Positions 27,001 to 41,200 of a DNA stretch of 64,000 bases are shown here, in pieces. The notes below the pieces were generated by a model. It saw nothing but the letters and a program-made list of their open reading frames with translations, was not told the origin of the DNA and did not search any database. This DNA is from Balanoglossus misakiensis. Its lineage: Eukaryota > Animalia > Hemichordata. The position numbers were made by a program, and so were the translations under genes. Within the stretch, counting starts at the first letter, position 1; each line of letters opens with the position of its first letter. The DNA lies in the NCBI GenBank assembly GCA_040954595.2, contig CM082590.2, positions 2,604,001-2,668,000 of the forward strand. Direction: 5' to 3'.

Positions 27001-27213
27001 CAGAACACATGATAGGCCTATGCGCATAAGACATTTTTCCACTAGACTCTGTAGATCGACGGATAGTTCTAAAATTTCCATGGTTGCTTCCAAACAGCCT
27101 CGTTTATTTACCGAATTCTGTTGTGAGGCGCAGAGCACGTAATAGGCCTATGCGCATAAGAAAGTTTTCCACCAGACTCCGTAGATCGACGGATAGTTGT
27201 AAAATTTCCATGG
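24070..27213 (+). repeat. Nested local duplications: 531 bp (4-mer), 390 bp (3-mer) and 1573 bp (12-mer) periods
   Basis: AAAGTGTCC occurs at ~24179, ~24710 and ~26283. TTTCAATGG occurs at ~24581, ~25112 and ~26685. ORF offsets 25121/26694 and 25251/26824 are 1573, and 25251/25641 is 390. Confidence 0.82.
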
Positions 27214-28834
27214 TTGTTTCCAAACACAGCCTCGTTCATTTACAAAATTCTGTTGTTATGCGCTGAACACATACATATGCCTATGCGCATAAGAAAGTTT
27301 CCACTAGACTCTGTAGATCGACGGATAGTTCTAAAATTTCCATGATTGCTTCCAAACACATCCTCGATTATTTACAAAATTCTGTTGTGATGCGCAGAAC
27401 ACATAGATAGGCCTATGCGCATATGAACGTTTTCCACTATACACTGTAGATCGAGAGATAGTTCTAAAACTTCCATGTTTGCTTCCAAACAGCCTCGTTT
27501 ATTTGCGGAATTCTGTTTTGAGGCGCAGAACACATAGATAGGCATATGTGAATAAGAAAGTTTTCCACTATAGACTCTGTAGATCGAGAGATAGTTGTAA
27601 AATTTCCATGGTTGCTTCCAAACAGCCTCGTTTATTTACCGATTTCTGTTGTGAGGCGCAGAACACATAGATAGGCCTATGCGCATATGAACGTTTTCCA
27701 CTATACTCTGTAGATCGAGAGTTAGTTCTAAAATTTCCATGTTTGCTTCCAAACAGCCTCGTTTATTTACGGAATTCTGTTTTGAGGCGCAGAACACATA
27801 GATAGGCATATGTGCATAAGAAAGTTTTCCACTATAGACTCTGTACATCGAGAGATAGTTCTAAAATTTCCATGGTTGCTTCCAAACACAGCCTCGTTTG
27901 TTTACAAAATTCTGTTGTGATGCGCAGAACACATATATAGGCCTATGCGCATAAGAACGTTTTCCACTAGACTCTGTAGATCGACGGATAGTTCTAAAAT
28001 TTCCATGGTTGCTTCCAAACAGCCTCGTTTATTTACCGAATTCTGTTGTGAGGCACAGAACACATAGATAGGCCTATGTGCATAAGAAAGTTTTCCACTA
28101 TAGACTCTGTAGATCGAGAGATAGTTCTAAAATGTCCATGGTTGCTTTCAAACACAGCCTCGTTTGTTTACAAAATTCTTTTGTGATGCGCAGAACACAT
28201 ATATAGGCCTATGCGCATAAGAACGTTTTCCACTAGACTCTGTAGATCGACGGATAGTTGTAAAATTTCCATGGTTGCTTCCAAACAGCCTCGTTTATTT
28301 ACCGAATTCTGTTGTGAGGCACAGAACACATAGATAGGCCTATGTGCATAAGAAAGTTTTCCACTATAGACTCTGTAGATCGAGAGATAGTTCTAAAATT
28401 TCCATGGTTGCTTCCAAACACAGCCTCGTTTGTTTACAAAATTCTGTTGTGATGCGCAGAACACATATATAGGCCTATGCGCATAAGAACGTTTCCACTA
28501 GACTCTGTAGATCGACGGATAGCTATACAATTTCCATGGTTGCTTCCAAACAGCCTCGTTTATTTACCGATTTCTGTTGTGAGGCGCAGAACACATGATA
28601 GGCCTATGCGCATAAGAAAGTTTTCCACCAGACTCCGTAGATCGACGGATAGTTGTAAAATTTCCATGGTTGTTTCCAAACACAGCCTCGTTCATTTACA
28701 AAATTCTGTTGTTATGCGCTGAACACATACATATGCCTATGCGCATAAGAAAGTTTCCACTAGACTCTGTAGATCGACGGATAGTTCTAAAATTTCCATG
28801 ATTGCTTCCAAACACATCCTCGATTATTTACAAA

Positions 28835-31800
28835 ATTCTGTTGTGATGCGCAGAACACATAGATAGGCCTATGCGCATATGAACGTTTTCCACTATACAC
28901 TGTAGATCGAGAGATAGTTCTAAAACTTCCATGTTTGCTTCCAAACAGCCTCGTTTATTTGCGGAAATCTGTTTTGAGGCGCAGAACACATAGATAGGCA
29001 TATGTGAATAAGAAAGTTTTCCACTATAGACTCTGTAGATCGAGAGATAGTTGTAAAATTTCCATGGTTGCTTCCAAACAGCCTCGTTTATTTACCGATT
29101 TCTGTTGTGAGGCGCAGAACACATAGATAGGCCTATGCGCATAAAAAACTTTTCAACTTTAGATCAACGGATAGTTCAAAAATTTCCATGGTTGTTTCCA
29201 AACAGCCTCGTTTATTTACCGAATTCTGTTGTGATGCGTAGAACACATACATATGCCTATGCGCATAAGAAAGTTTTCCACTAGACTCCGTAGATCGACG
29301 AATAGTTCTAAAATGTCCATGGTTGCTTCCAAACAAAGCCTGGTTTGTTTACAAAATTCTGTTGTGATGCGCAGAACACATAGATAGGCCTATGCGCATA
29401 TGAACGTTTTCCACTATACTCTGTAGATCGAGAGTTAGTTCTAAAATTTCCATGTTTGCTTCCAAACAGCCTCGTTTATTTACGGAATTCTGTTTTGAGG
29501 CGCAGAACACATAGATACGCATATGTGCATAAGAAAGTTTTCCACTATAGACTCTGTACATCGAGAGATAGTTCTAAAATTTCCATGGTTGCTTCCAAAC
29601 ACAGCCTCGTTTGTTTACAAAATTCTGTTGTGATGCGCAGAACACATATATAGGCCTATGCGCATAAGAACGTTTTCCACTAGACTCTGTAGATCGACGG
29701 ATAGTTCTAAAATTTCCATGGTTGCTTCCAAACAGCCTCGTTTATTTACCGAATTCTGTTGTGAGGCACAGAACACATAGATAGGCCTATGTGCATAAGA
29801 AAGTTTTCCACTATAGACTCTGTAGATCGAGAGATAGTTCTAAAATGTCCATGGTTGCTTTCAAACACAGCCTCGTTTGTTTACAAAATTCTTTTGTGAT
29901 GCGCAGAACACATATATAGGCCTATGCGCATAAGAACGTTTTCCACTAGACTCTGTAGATCGACGGATAGTTGTAAAATTTCCATGGTTGCTTCCAAACA
30001 GCCTCGTTTATTTACCGAATTCTGTTGTGAGGCACAGAACACATAGATAGGCCTATGTGCATAAGAAAGTTTTCCACTAGACTCTGTAGATCGAGAGATA
30101 GTTCTAAAATTTCCATGGTTGCTTCCAAACACAGCCTCGTTTGTTTACAAAATTCTGTTGTGATGCGCAGAACACATATATAGGCCTATGCGCATAATAA
30201 CGTTTTCCACTAGACTCTGTAGATCGACGGATAGTTGTAAAATTTCCATGGTTGCTTCCAAACAGCCTCGTTTATTTACCGAATTCTGTTGTGAGGCGCA
30301 GAACACATAGATAGGCATATGTGCATAAGAAAGTTTTCCACTATAGACTCTGTAGATCGAGAGATAGTTCTAAAATGTCCATGGTTGCTTCCAAACACAG
30401 CCTCGTTTGTTTACAAAATTCTGTTGTGATGCGCACAACACATATATAGGCCTATGCGCATAATAACGTTTTCCACTAGACTCTGTAGATCGACGGATAG
30501 TTGTAAAATTTCCATGGTTGCTTCCAAACAGCCTCCTTTATTTACCGAATTCTGTTGTGAGGCGCAGAACACATAGATAGGCATATGTGCATAAGAAAGT
30601 TTTCCACTATAGACTCTGTAGATCGAGAGATAGTTCTAAAATGTCCATGGTTGCTACCAAACACAGCCTCGTTTGTTTACAAAATTCTGTTGTGATGCGC
30701 AGAACACATATATAGGACTATGCGCATAAGAACGTTTCCACTAGACTCTGTAGATCGACGGATAGCTATACAATTTCCATGGTTGCTTCCAAACAGCCTC
30801 GTTTATTTACCGATTTCTGTTGTGATGCGCAGAACACATAGATAGGCCTATGCGCATATGAACGTTTTCCACTATACACTGTAGATCGAGAGATAGTTCT
30901 AAAACTTCCATGTTTGCTTCCAAACAGCCTCGTTTATTTGCGGAAATCTGTTTTGAGGCGCAGAACACATAGATAGGCATATGTGAATAAGAAAGTTTTC
31001 CACTATAGACTCTGTAGATCGAGAGATAGTTGTAAAATTTCCATGGTTGCTTCCAAACAGCCTCGTTTATTTACCGATTTCTGTTGTGAGGCGCAGAACA
31101 CATAGATAGGCCTATGCGCATAAAAAACTTTTCAACTTTAGATCAACGGATAGTTCAAAAATTTCCATGGTTGTTTCCAAACAGCCTCGTTTATTTACCG
31201 AATTCTGTTGTGATGCGTAGAACACATACATATGCCTATGCGCATAAGAAAGTTTTCCACTAGACTCCGTAGATCGACGAATAGTTCTAAAATGTCCATG
31301 GTTGCTTCCAAACAAAGCCTGGTTTGTTTACAAAATTCTGTTGTGATGCGCAGAACACATAGATAGGCCTATGCGCATATGAACGTTTTCCACTATACTC
31401 TGTAGATCGAGAGTTAGTTCTAAAATTTCCATGTTTGCTTCCAAACAGCCTCGTTTATTTACAGAATTCTGTTTTGAGGCGCAGAACACATAGATAGGCA
31501 TATGTGCATAAGAAAGTTTTCCACTATAGACTCTGTACATCGAGAGATAGTTCTAAAATTTCCATGGTTGCTTCCAAACACAGCCTCGTTTGTTTACAAA
31601 ATTCTGTTGTGATGCGCAGAACACATATATAGGCCTATGCGCATAAGAACGTTTTCCACTAGACTCTGTAGATCGACGGATAGTTCTAAAATTTCCATGG
31701 TTGCTTCCAAACAGCCTCGTTTATTTACCGAATTCTGTTGTGAGGCACAGAACACATAGATAGGCCTATGTGCATAAGAAAGTTTTCCACTATAGACTCT

Positions 31801-32057
31801 GTAGATCGAGAGATAGTTCTAAAATGTCCATGGTTGCTTTCAAACACAGCCTCGTTTGTTTACAAAATTCTTTTGTGATGCGCAGAACACATATATAGGC
31901 CTATGCGCATAAGAACGTTTTCCACTAGACTCTGTAGATCGACGGATAGTTGTAAAATTTCCATGGTTGCTTCCAAACAGCCTCGTTTATTTACCGAATT
32001 CTGTTGTGAGGCACAGAACACATAGATAGGCCTATGTGCATAAGAAAGTTTTCCACT
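28835..32057 (+). repeat. ~1.2 kb block repeated at offset 1979 bp (~15 monomers)
   Basis: ORFs 29133/31112 and 29349/31328 have offset 1979. GCGGAAATCT occurs at ~28961/30940 and GCTTTCAAA at ~29857/31836. The same pair recurs at 51531/53510. Confidence 0.82.
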
Positions 32058-35000
32058 ATAGACTCTGTAGATCGAGAGATAGTTCTAAAATGTCCATGGT
32101 TGCTTCCAAACACAGCCTCGTTTGTTTACAAAATTCTGTTGTGATGCGCAGAACACATATATAGGACTATGCGCATAAGAACGTTTCCACTAGACTCTGT
32201 AGATCGACGGATAGCTATACAATTTCCATGGTTGCTTCCAAACAGCCTCGTTTATTTACCGATTTCTGTTGTGAGGCGCAGAACACATGATAGGCCTATG
32301 CGCATGAGACATTTTTCCACTAGACTCTGTAGATCGACGGATAGTTGTAAAATTTCATGGTTGCTTCCAAATACAGCCTCGTTTATTTACAGATTTCTGT
32401 TGTGATGCGCATAACACATAGATAGGCCTATGCGCATAAGAACGTTTTCCACTAGACTTTGTAGATCGACGGATAGTTGTACAATGTCCATGGTTGCTTC
32501 CAAACAGCCTCGTTTATTTACCGAATTGTGTTGTGAGGCGCAGAACACGTAATAGGTCTATGCGCATAAGGAAGTTTTCCACCAGACTCTGTAGATCGAC
32601 GGATAGTTGTACAATTTCCATGGTTGCTTCCAAACAGCCTCGTTTATTTACCGATTTCTGTTGTGAGGCGCAGAACACATGATAGGCCTATGCGCATAAG
32701 ACATTTTTCCACTAGACTCTGTAGATCGACGGATAGTTCTAAAATTTCCATGGTTGCTTCCAAACAGCCTCGTTTATTTACCAAATTCTGTTGTGATGCG
32801 CAGAACACATATATAGGCCTATGCGCATAATAACGTTTTCCACTAGACTCTGTAGATCGACGGATAGTTGTAAAATTTCCATGGTTGCTTCCAAACAGCC
32901 TCGTTTATTTACCGATTTCTGTTGTGATGCGCAGAACACATAGATAGGCATATGTGCATAATAAAGTTTTCCACTAGACTCTGTAGATCGAGAGATAGTT
33001 CTAAAATTTCCATGGTTGCTTCCAAACACAGCCTCGTTTGTTTACAAAATTCTGTTGTGATGCGCAGAACACATATATAGGCCTATGCGCATAATAACGT
33101 TTTCCACTAGACTCTGTAGATCGACGGATAGTTGTAAAATTTCCATGGTTGCTTCCAAACAGCCTCGTTTATTTACCGAATTCTGTTGTGAGGCGCAGAA
33201 CACATAGATAGGCATATGTGCATAAGAAAGTTTTCCACTATAGACTCTGTAGATCGAGAGATAGTTCTAAAATGTCCATGGTTGCTTCCAAACACAGCCT
33301 CGTTTGTTTACAAAATTCTGTTGTGATGCGCAGAACACATATATAGGCCTATGCGCATAATAACGTTTTCCACTAGACTCTGTAGATCGACGGATAGTTG
33401 TAAAATTTCCATGGTTGCTTCCAAACAGCCTCGTTTATTTACCGAATTCTGTTGTGAGGCGCAGAACACGTAATAGGTCTATGCGCATAAGGAAGTTTTC
33501 CACCAGACTCTGTAGATCGACGGATAGTTGTAAAATTTCATGGTTGCTTCCAAATACAGCCTCGTTTATTTACCGATTTCTGTTGTGATGCGCATAACAC
33601 ATAGATAGGCCTATGCGCATAAGAACGTTTTCCACTAGACTCTGTAGATCGACGGATAGTTGTACAATTTCCATGGTTGCTTCCAAACAGCCTCGTTTAT
33701 TTACCGATTTCTGTTGTGAGGCGCAGAACACATGATAGGCCTATGCGCATAAGACATTTTTCCACTAGACTCTGTAGATCGACGGATAGTTCTAAAATTT
33801 CCATGGTTGCTTCCAAACAGCCTCGTTTATTTACCGAATTCTGTTGTGAGGCGCAGAGCACGTAATAGGCCTATGCGCATAAGAAAGTTTTCCACCAGAC
33901 TCTGTAGATCGACGGATAGTTGTAAAATTTCCATGGTTGCTTCCAAACAGCCTCGTTTATTTACCGATTTCTGTTGTGATGCGCAGAACACATAGATAAG
34001 CATATGTGCATAATAAAGTTTTCCACTAGACTCTGTAGATCGAGAGATAGTTCTAAAATTTCCATGGTTGCTTCCAAACACAGCCTCGTTTGTTTACAAA
34101 ATTCTGTTGTGATGCGCAGAACACATATATAGGCCTATGCGCATAATAACGTTTTCCACTAGACTCTGTAGATCGACGGATAGTTGTAAAATTTCCATGG
34201 TTGCTTCCAAACAGCCTCGTTTATTTACCGATTTCTGTTGTGATGCGCAGAACACATAGATAGGCATATGTGCATAATAAAGTTTTCCACTAGACTCTGT
34301 AGATCGAGAGATAGTTCTAAAATTTCCATGGTTGCTTCCAAACACAGCCTCGTTTGTTTACAAAATTCTGTTGTGATGCGCAGAACACATATATAGGCCT
34401 ATGCGCATAATAACGTTTTCCACTAGACTCTGTAGATCGACGGATAGTTGTAAAATTTCCATGGTTGCTTCCAAACAGCCTCGTTTATTTACCGAATTCT
34501 GTTGTGAGGCGCAGAACACATAGATAGGCATATGTGCATAAGAAAGTTTTCCACTATAGACTCTGTAGATCGAGAGATAGTTCTAAAATGTCCATGGTTG
34601 CTTCCAAACACAGCCTCGTTTGTTTACAAAATTCTGTTGTGATGCGCAGAACACATATATAGGCCTATGCGCATAATAACGTTTTCCACTAGACTCTGTA
34701 GATCGACGGATAGTTGTAAAATTTCCATGGTTGCTTCCAAACAGCCTCGTTTATTTACCGAATTCTGTTGTGAGGCGCAGAACACGTAATAGGTCTATGC
34801 GCATAAGGAAGTTTTCCACCAGACTCTGTAGATCGACGGATACTTGTAAAATTTCATGGTTGCTTCCAAATACAGCCTCGTTTATTTACCGATTTCTGTT
34901 GTGATGCGCATAACACATAGATAGGCCTATGCGCATAAGAACGTTTTCCACTAGACTCTGTAGATCGACGGATAGTTGTACAATTTCCATGGTTGCTTCC

Positions 35001-37150
35001 AAACAGCCTCGTTTATTTACCGATTTCTGTTGTGAGGCGCAGAACACATGATAGGCCTATGCGCATAAGACATTTTTCCACTAGACTCTGTAGATCGACG
35101 GATAGTTCTAAAATTTCCATGGTTGCTTCCAAACAGCCTCGTTTATTTACCGAATTCTGTTGTGAGGCGCAGAGCACGTAATAGGCCTATGCGCATAAGA
35201 AAGTTTTCCACCAGACTCTGTAGATCGACGGATAGTTGTAAAATTTCCATGGTTGCTTCCAAACAGCCTCGTTTATTTACCGATTTCTGTTGTGATGCGC
35301 AGAACACATAGATAAGCATATGTGCATAATAAAGTTTTCCACTAGACTCTGTAGATCGAGAGATAGTTCTAAAATTTCCATGGTTGCTTCCAAACACAGC
35401 CTCGTTTGTTTACAAAATTCTGTTGTGATGCGCAGAACACATATATAGGCCTATGCGCATAATAACGTTTTCCACTAGACTCTGTAGATCGACGGATAGT
35501 TGTAAAATTTCCATGGTTGCTTCCAAACAGCCTCGTTTATTTACCGAATTCTGTTGTGAGGCGCAGAACACATAGATAGGCATATGTGCATAAGAAAGTT
35601 TTCCACTATAGACTCTGTAGATCGAGAGATAGTTCTAAAATGTCCATGGTTGCTTCCAAACACAGCCTCGTTTGTTTACAAAATTCTGTTGTGATGCGCA
35701 GAACACATATATAGGCCTATGCGCATAATAACGTTTTCCACTAGACTCTGTAGATCGACGGATAGTTGTAAAATTTCCATGGTTGCTTCCAAACAGCCTC
35801 GTTTATTTACCGAATTCTGTTGTGAGGCGCAGAACACATAGATAGGCATATGTGCATAAGAAAGTTTTCCACTATAGACTCTGTAGATCGAGAGATAGTT
35901 CTAAAATGTCCATGGTTGCTACCAAACACAGCCTCGTTTGTTTACAAAATTCTGTTGTGATACGCAGAACACATATATAGGCATATGCGCATAAGAACGT
36001 TTCCACTAGACTCTGTAGATCGACGGATAGCTGTAAAATTTCCATGGTTGCTTCCAAACAGCCTCGTTTATTTACCGATTTCTGTTGTGAGGCGCAGAAC
36101 ACATGATAGGCCTATGCGCATGAGACATTTTTCCACTAGACTCTGTAGATCGACGGATAGTTGTAAAATTTCATGGTTGCTTCCAAATACAGCCTCGTTT
36201 ATTTAGCGATTTCTGTTGTGATGCGCATAACACATAGATAGGCCTATGCGCATAAGAACGTTTTCCACTAGACTTTGTAGATCGACGGATAGTTGTACAA
36301 TGTCCATGGTTGCTTCCAAACAGCCTCGTTTATTTACCGAATTCTGTTGTGAGGCGCAGAACACGTAATAGGTCTATGCGCATAAGGAAGTTTTCCACCA
36401 GACTCTGTAGATCGACGGATAGTTGTAAAATTTCATGGTTGCTTCCAAATACAGCCTCGTTTATTTACCGATTTCTGTTGTGATGCGCATAACACATAGA
36501 TAGGCCTATGCGCATAAGAACGTTTTCCACTAGACTCTGTAGATCGACGGATAGTTGTACAATTTCCATGGTTGCTTCCAAACAGCCTCGTTTATTTACC
36601 GATTTCTGTTGTGAGGCACAGAACACATGATAGGCCTATGCGCATAAGACATTTTTCCACTAGACTCTGTAGATCGACGGATAGTTCTAAAATTTCCATG
36701 GTTGCTTCCAAACAGCCTCGTTTATTTACCGAATTCTGTTGTGAGGCGCAGAGCACGTAATAGGCCTATGCGCATAAGAAAGTTTTCCACCAGACTCTGT
36801 AGATCGACGGATAGTTGTAAAATTTCCATGGTTGCTTCCAAACAGCCTCGTTTATTTACCGATTTCTGTTGTGATGCGCAGAACACATAGATAGGCATAT
36901 GTGCATAATAAAGTTTTCCACTAGACTCTGTAGATCGAGAGATAGTTCTAAAATTTCCATGGTTGCTTCCAAACAGCCTCGTTTATTTACCGAATTCTGT
37001 TGTGAGGCGCAGAGCACGTAATAGGCCTATGCGCATAAGAAAGTTTTCCACCAGACTCTGTAGATCGACGGATAGTTGTAAAATTTCCATGGTTGCTTCC
37101 AAACAGCCTCGTTTATTTACCGATTTCTGTTGTGATGCGCAGAACACATA
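28968..37150 (+). repeat. Copy 1 of an ~8.2 kb near-identical block (copy 2 at 51366-59548)
   Basis: All ORFs from 29133 to 36983 recur at exactly +22398 (e.g. 51531, 54567, 57391, 59361). Private variants are shared at that offset. Confidence 0.93.
32783..35545 (+). repeat. 1316 bp (10-monomer) tandem duplication
   Basis: ORFs 32778/34094, 33677/34993, 33807/35123 and 33827/35143 all have offset 1316. The GATAAGCAT variant occurs at ~33995/35311. Confidence 0.87.
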
Positions 37151-38279
37151 GATAGGCATATGTGCATAATAAAGTTTTCCACTAGACTCTGTAGATCGAG
37201 AGATAGTTCTAAAATTTCCATGGTTGCTTCCAAACACAGCCTCGTTTGTTTACAAAATTCTGTTGTGATGCGCAGAACACATATATAGGCCTATGCGCAT
37301 AATAACGTTTTCCACTAGACTCTGTAGATCGACGGATAGTTGTAAAATTTCCATGGTTGCTTCCAAACAGCCTCGTTTATTTACCGAATTCTGTTGTGAG
37401 GCGCAGAACACATAGATAGGCATATGTGCATAAGAAAGTTTTCCACTATAGACTCTGTAGATCGAGAGATAGTTCTAAAATGTCCATGGTTGCTTCCAAA
37501 CACAGCCTCGTTTGTTTACAAAATTCTGTTGTGATGCGCAGAACACATATATAGGCCTATGCGCATAAGAACGTTTCCACTAGACTCTGTAGATCGACGG
37601 ATAGCTGTAAAATTTCCATGGTTGCTTTTAAACAGCCTCGTTTATTTACCGATTTCTGTTGTGAGGCGCAGAACACATAGATAGGCATATGTGCATAAGA
37701 AAGTTTTCCACTATAGACTCTGTAGATCGAGAGATAGTTCTAAAATGTCCATGGTTGCTTCCAAACACAGCCTCGTTTATTTACCGATTTCTGTTGTGAT
37801 GCGCATAACACATAGATAGGCCTATGCGCATAAGAACGTTTTCCACTAGACTCTGTAGATCGACGGATAGTTGTACAATTTCCATGGTTGCTTCCAAACA
37901 GCATCGTTTATTTACCGAATTCTGTTGTGAGGCGCAGAACACGTAATAGGTCTATGCGCATAAGGAAGTTTTCCACCAGACTCTGTAGATCGAGAGATAG
38001 TTCTAAAATGTCCATGGTTGCTTCCAAACACAGCCTCGTTTATTTACCGATTTCTGTTGTGATGCGCATAACACATAGATAGGCCTATGCGCATAAGAAC
38101 GTTTTCCACTAGACTCTGTAGATCGACGGATAGTTGTACAATTTCCATGGTTGCTTCCAAACAGCATCGTTTATTTACCGAATTCTGTTGTGAGGCGCAG
38201 AACACGTAATAGGTCTATGCGCATAAGGAAGTTTTCCACCAGACTCTGTAGATCGACGGATAGTTGTAAAATTTCCATG

Positions 38280-41200
38280 GTTGCTTCCAAACAGCCTCGT
38301 TTATTTACCGATTTCTGTTGTGATGCGCAGAACACATAGATAGGCATATGTGCATAATAAAGTTTTCCACTAGACTCTGTAGATCGAGAGATAGTTCTAA
38401 AATTTCCATGGTTGCTTCCAAACACAGCCTCGTTTGTTTACAAAATTCTGTTGTGATGCGCAGAACACATATATAGGCCTATGCGCATAATAACGTTTTC
38501 CACTAGACTCTGTAGATCGACGGATAGTTGTAAAATTTCATGATTGCTTCCAAATACAGCCTCGTTTATTTACCGATTTCTGTTGTGATGCGTATAACAC
38601 ATAGATAGGCCTATGCGCATAAGAACGTTTTCCACTAGACTATGTAGATCGACGGATAGTTGTACAATTTCCATGGTTGCTTCCAAACAGCCTCGTTTAT
38701 TTACCGAATTCTGTTGTGAGGCGCAGAACACATAGATAGGCATATGTGCATAAGAAAGTTTTCCACTATAGACTCTGTAGATCGAGAGATAGTTCTAAAA
38801 TGTCCATGGTTGCTACCAAACACAGCCTCGTTTGTTTACAAAATTCTGTTGTGATGCGCAGAACACATATATAGGCCTATGCGCATAAGAACGTTTCCAC
38901 TAGACTCTGTAGATCGACGGATAGCTGTAAAATTTCCATGGTTGCTTCCAAACAGCCTCGTTTATTTACCGATTTCTGTTGTGATGCGCAGAACACATAG
39001 ATAGGCATATGTGCATAATAAAGTTTTCCACTAGACTCTGTAGATCGAGAGATAGTTCTAAAATTTCCATGGTTGCTTCCAAACACAGCCTCGTTTGTTT
39101 ACAAAATTCTGTTGTGATGCGCAGAACACATATATAGGCCTATGCGCATAATAACGTTTTCCACTAGACTCTGTAGATCGACGGATAGTTGTAAAATTTC
39201 CATGGTTGCTTCCAAACAGCCTCGTTTATTTACCGAATTCTGTTGTGAGGCGCAGAACACATAGATAGGCATATGTGCATAAGAAAGTTTTCCACTATAG
39301 ACTCTGTAGATCGAGAGATAGTTCTAAAATGTCCATGGTTGCTTCCAAACACAGCCTCGTTTGTTTACAAAATTCTGTTGTGATGCGCAGAACACATATA
39401 TAGGCCCATGCGCATAATAACGTTTTCCACTAGACTCTGTAGATCGACGGATAGTTGTAAAATTTCCATGGTTGCTTCCAAACAGCCTCGTTTATTTACC
39501 GAATTCTGTTGTGAGGCGCAGAACACATAGATAGGCATATGTGCATAAATAAGTTTTCCACTATAGACTCTGTAGATCGAGAGATAGTTCTAAAATGTCC
39601 ATGGTTGCTACCAAACACAGCCTCGTTTGTTTACAAAATTATGTTGTGATGCGCAGAACACATATATAGGCCTATGCGCATAAGAACGTTTCCACTAGAC
39701 TCTGTAGATCGACGGATAGCTGTAAAATTTCCACGGTTGCTTCCAAACAGCCTCGTTTATTTACCGATTTCTGTTGTGAGGCGCAGAACACATGATAGGC
39801 CTATGCGCATGAGACATTTTTCCACTAGACTCTGTAGATCGACGGATAGTTGTAAAATTTCATGGTTGCTTCCAAATACAGCCTCGTTTATTTAGCGATT
39901 TCTGTTGTGATGCGCATAACACATAGATAGGCCTATGCGCATAAGAACGTTTTCCACTAGACTTTGTAGATCGACGGATAGTTGTACAATGTCCATGGTT
40001 GCTTCCAAACAGCCTCGTTTATTTACCGAATTCTGTTGTGAGGCGCAGAACACGTAATAGGTCTATGCGCATAAGGAAGTTTTCCACCAGACTCTGTAGA
40101 TCGACAGATAGTTCTAAAATGTCCATGGTTGCTTCCAAACACAGCCTCGTTTATTTACCGATTTCTGTTGTGATGCGCATAACACATAGATAGGCCTATG
40201 CGCATAAGAACGTTTTCCACTAGACTCTGTAGATCGAGAGATAGTTCTAAAATTTCCATGGTTGCTTCCAAACACAGCCTCGTTTGTTTACAAAATTCTG
40301 TTGTGATGCGCAGAACACATATATAGGCCTATGCGCATAATAACGTTTTCCACTAGACTCTGTAGATCGACGGATAGTTGTAAAATTTCCATGGTTGCTT
40401 CCAAACAGCCTCGTTTATTTACCGAATTCTGTTGTGAGGCGCAGAACACATAGATAGGCATATGTGCATAAGAAAGTTTTCCACTATAGACTCTGTAGAT
40501 CGAGAGATAGTTCTAAAATGTCCATGGTTGCTTCCAAACACAGCCTCGTTTGTTTACAAAATTCTTTTGTGATGCGCAGAACACATATATAGGCCTATGC
40601 GCATAATAACGTTTTCCACTAGACTCTGTAGATCGACGGATAGTTGTAAAATTTCCATGGTTGCTTCCAAACAGCCTCGTTTATTTACCGAATTCTGTTG
40701 TGAGGCGCAGAACACATAGATAGGCATATGTGCATAAATAAGTTTTCCACTATAGACTCTGTAGATCGAGAGATAGTTCTAAAATGTCCATGGTTGCTAC
40801 CAAACACAGCCTCGTTTGTTTACAAAATTATGTTGTGATGCGCAGAACACATATATAGGCCTATGCGCATAAGAACGTTTCCACTAGACTCTGTAGATCG
40901 ACGGATAGCTGTAAAATTTCCATGGTTGCTTCCAAACAGCCTCGTTTATTTACCGATTTCTGTTGTGAGGCGCAGAACACATGATAGGCCTATGCGCATG
41001 AGACATTTTTCCACTAGACTCTGTAGATCGACGGATAGTTGTAAAATTTCATGGTTGCTTCCAAATACAGCCTCGTTTATTTAGCGATTTCTGTTGTGAT
41101 GCGCATAACACATAGATAGGCCTATGCGCATAAGAACGTTTTCCACCAGACTTTGTAGATCGACGGATAGTTGTACAATGTCCATGGTTGCTTCCAAACA

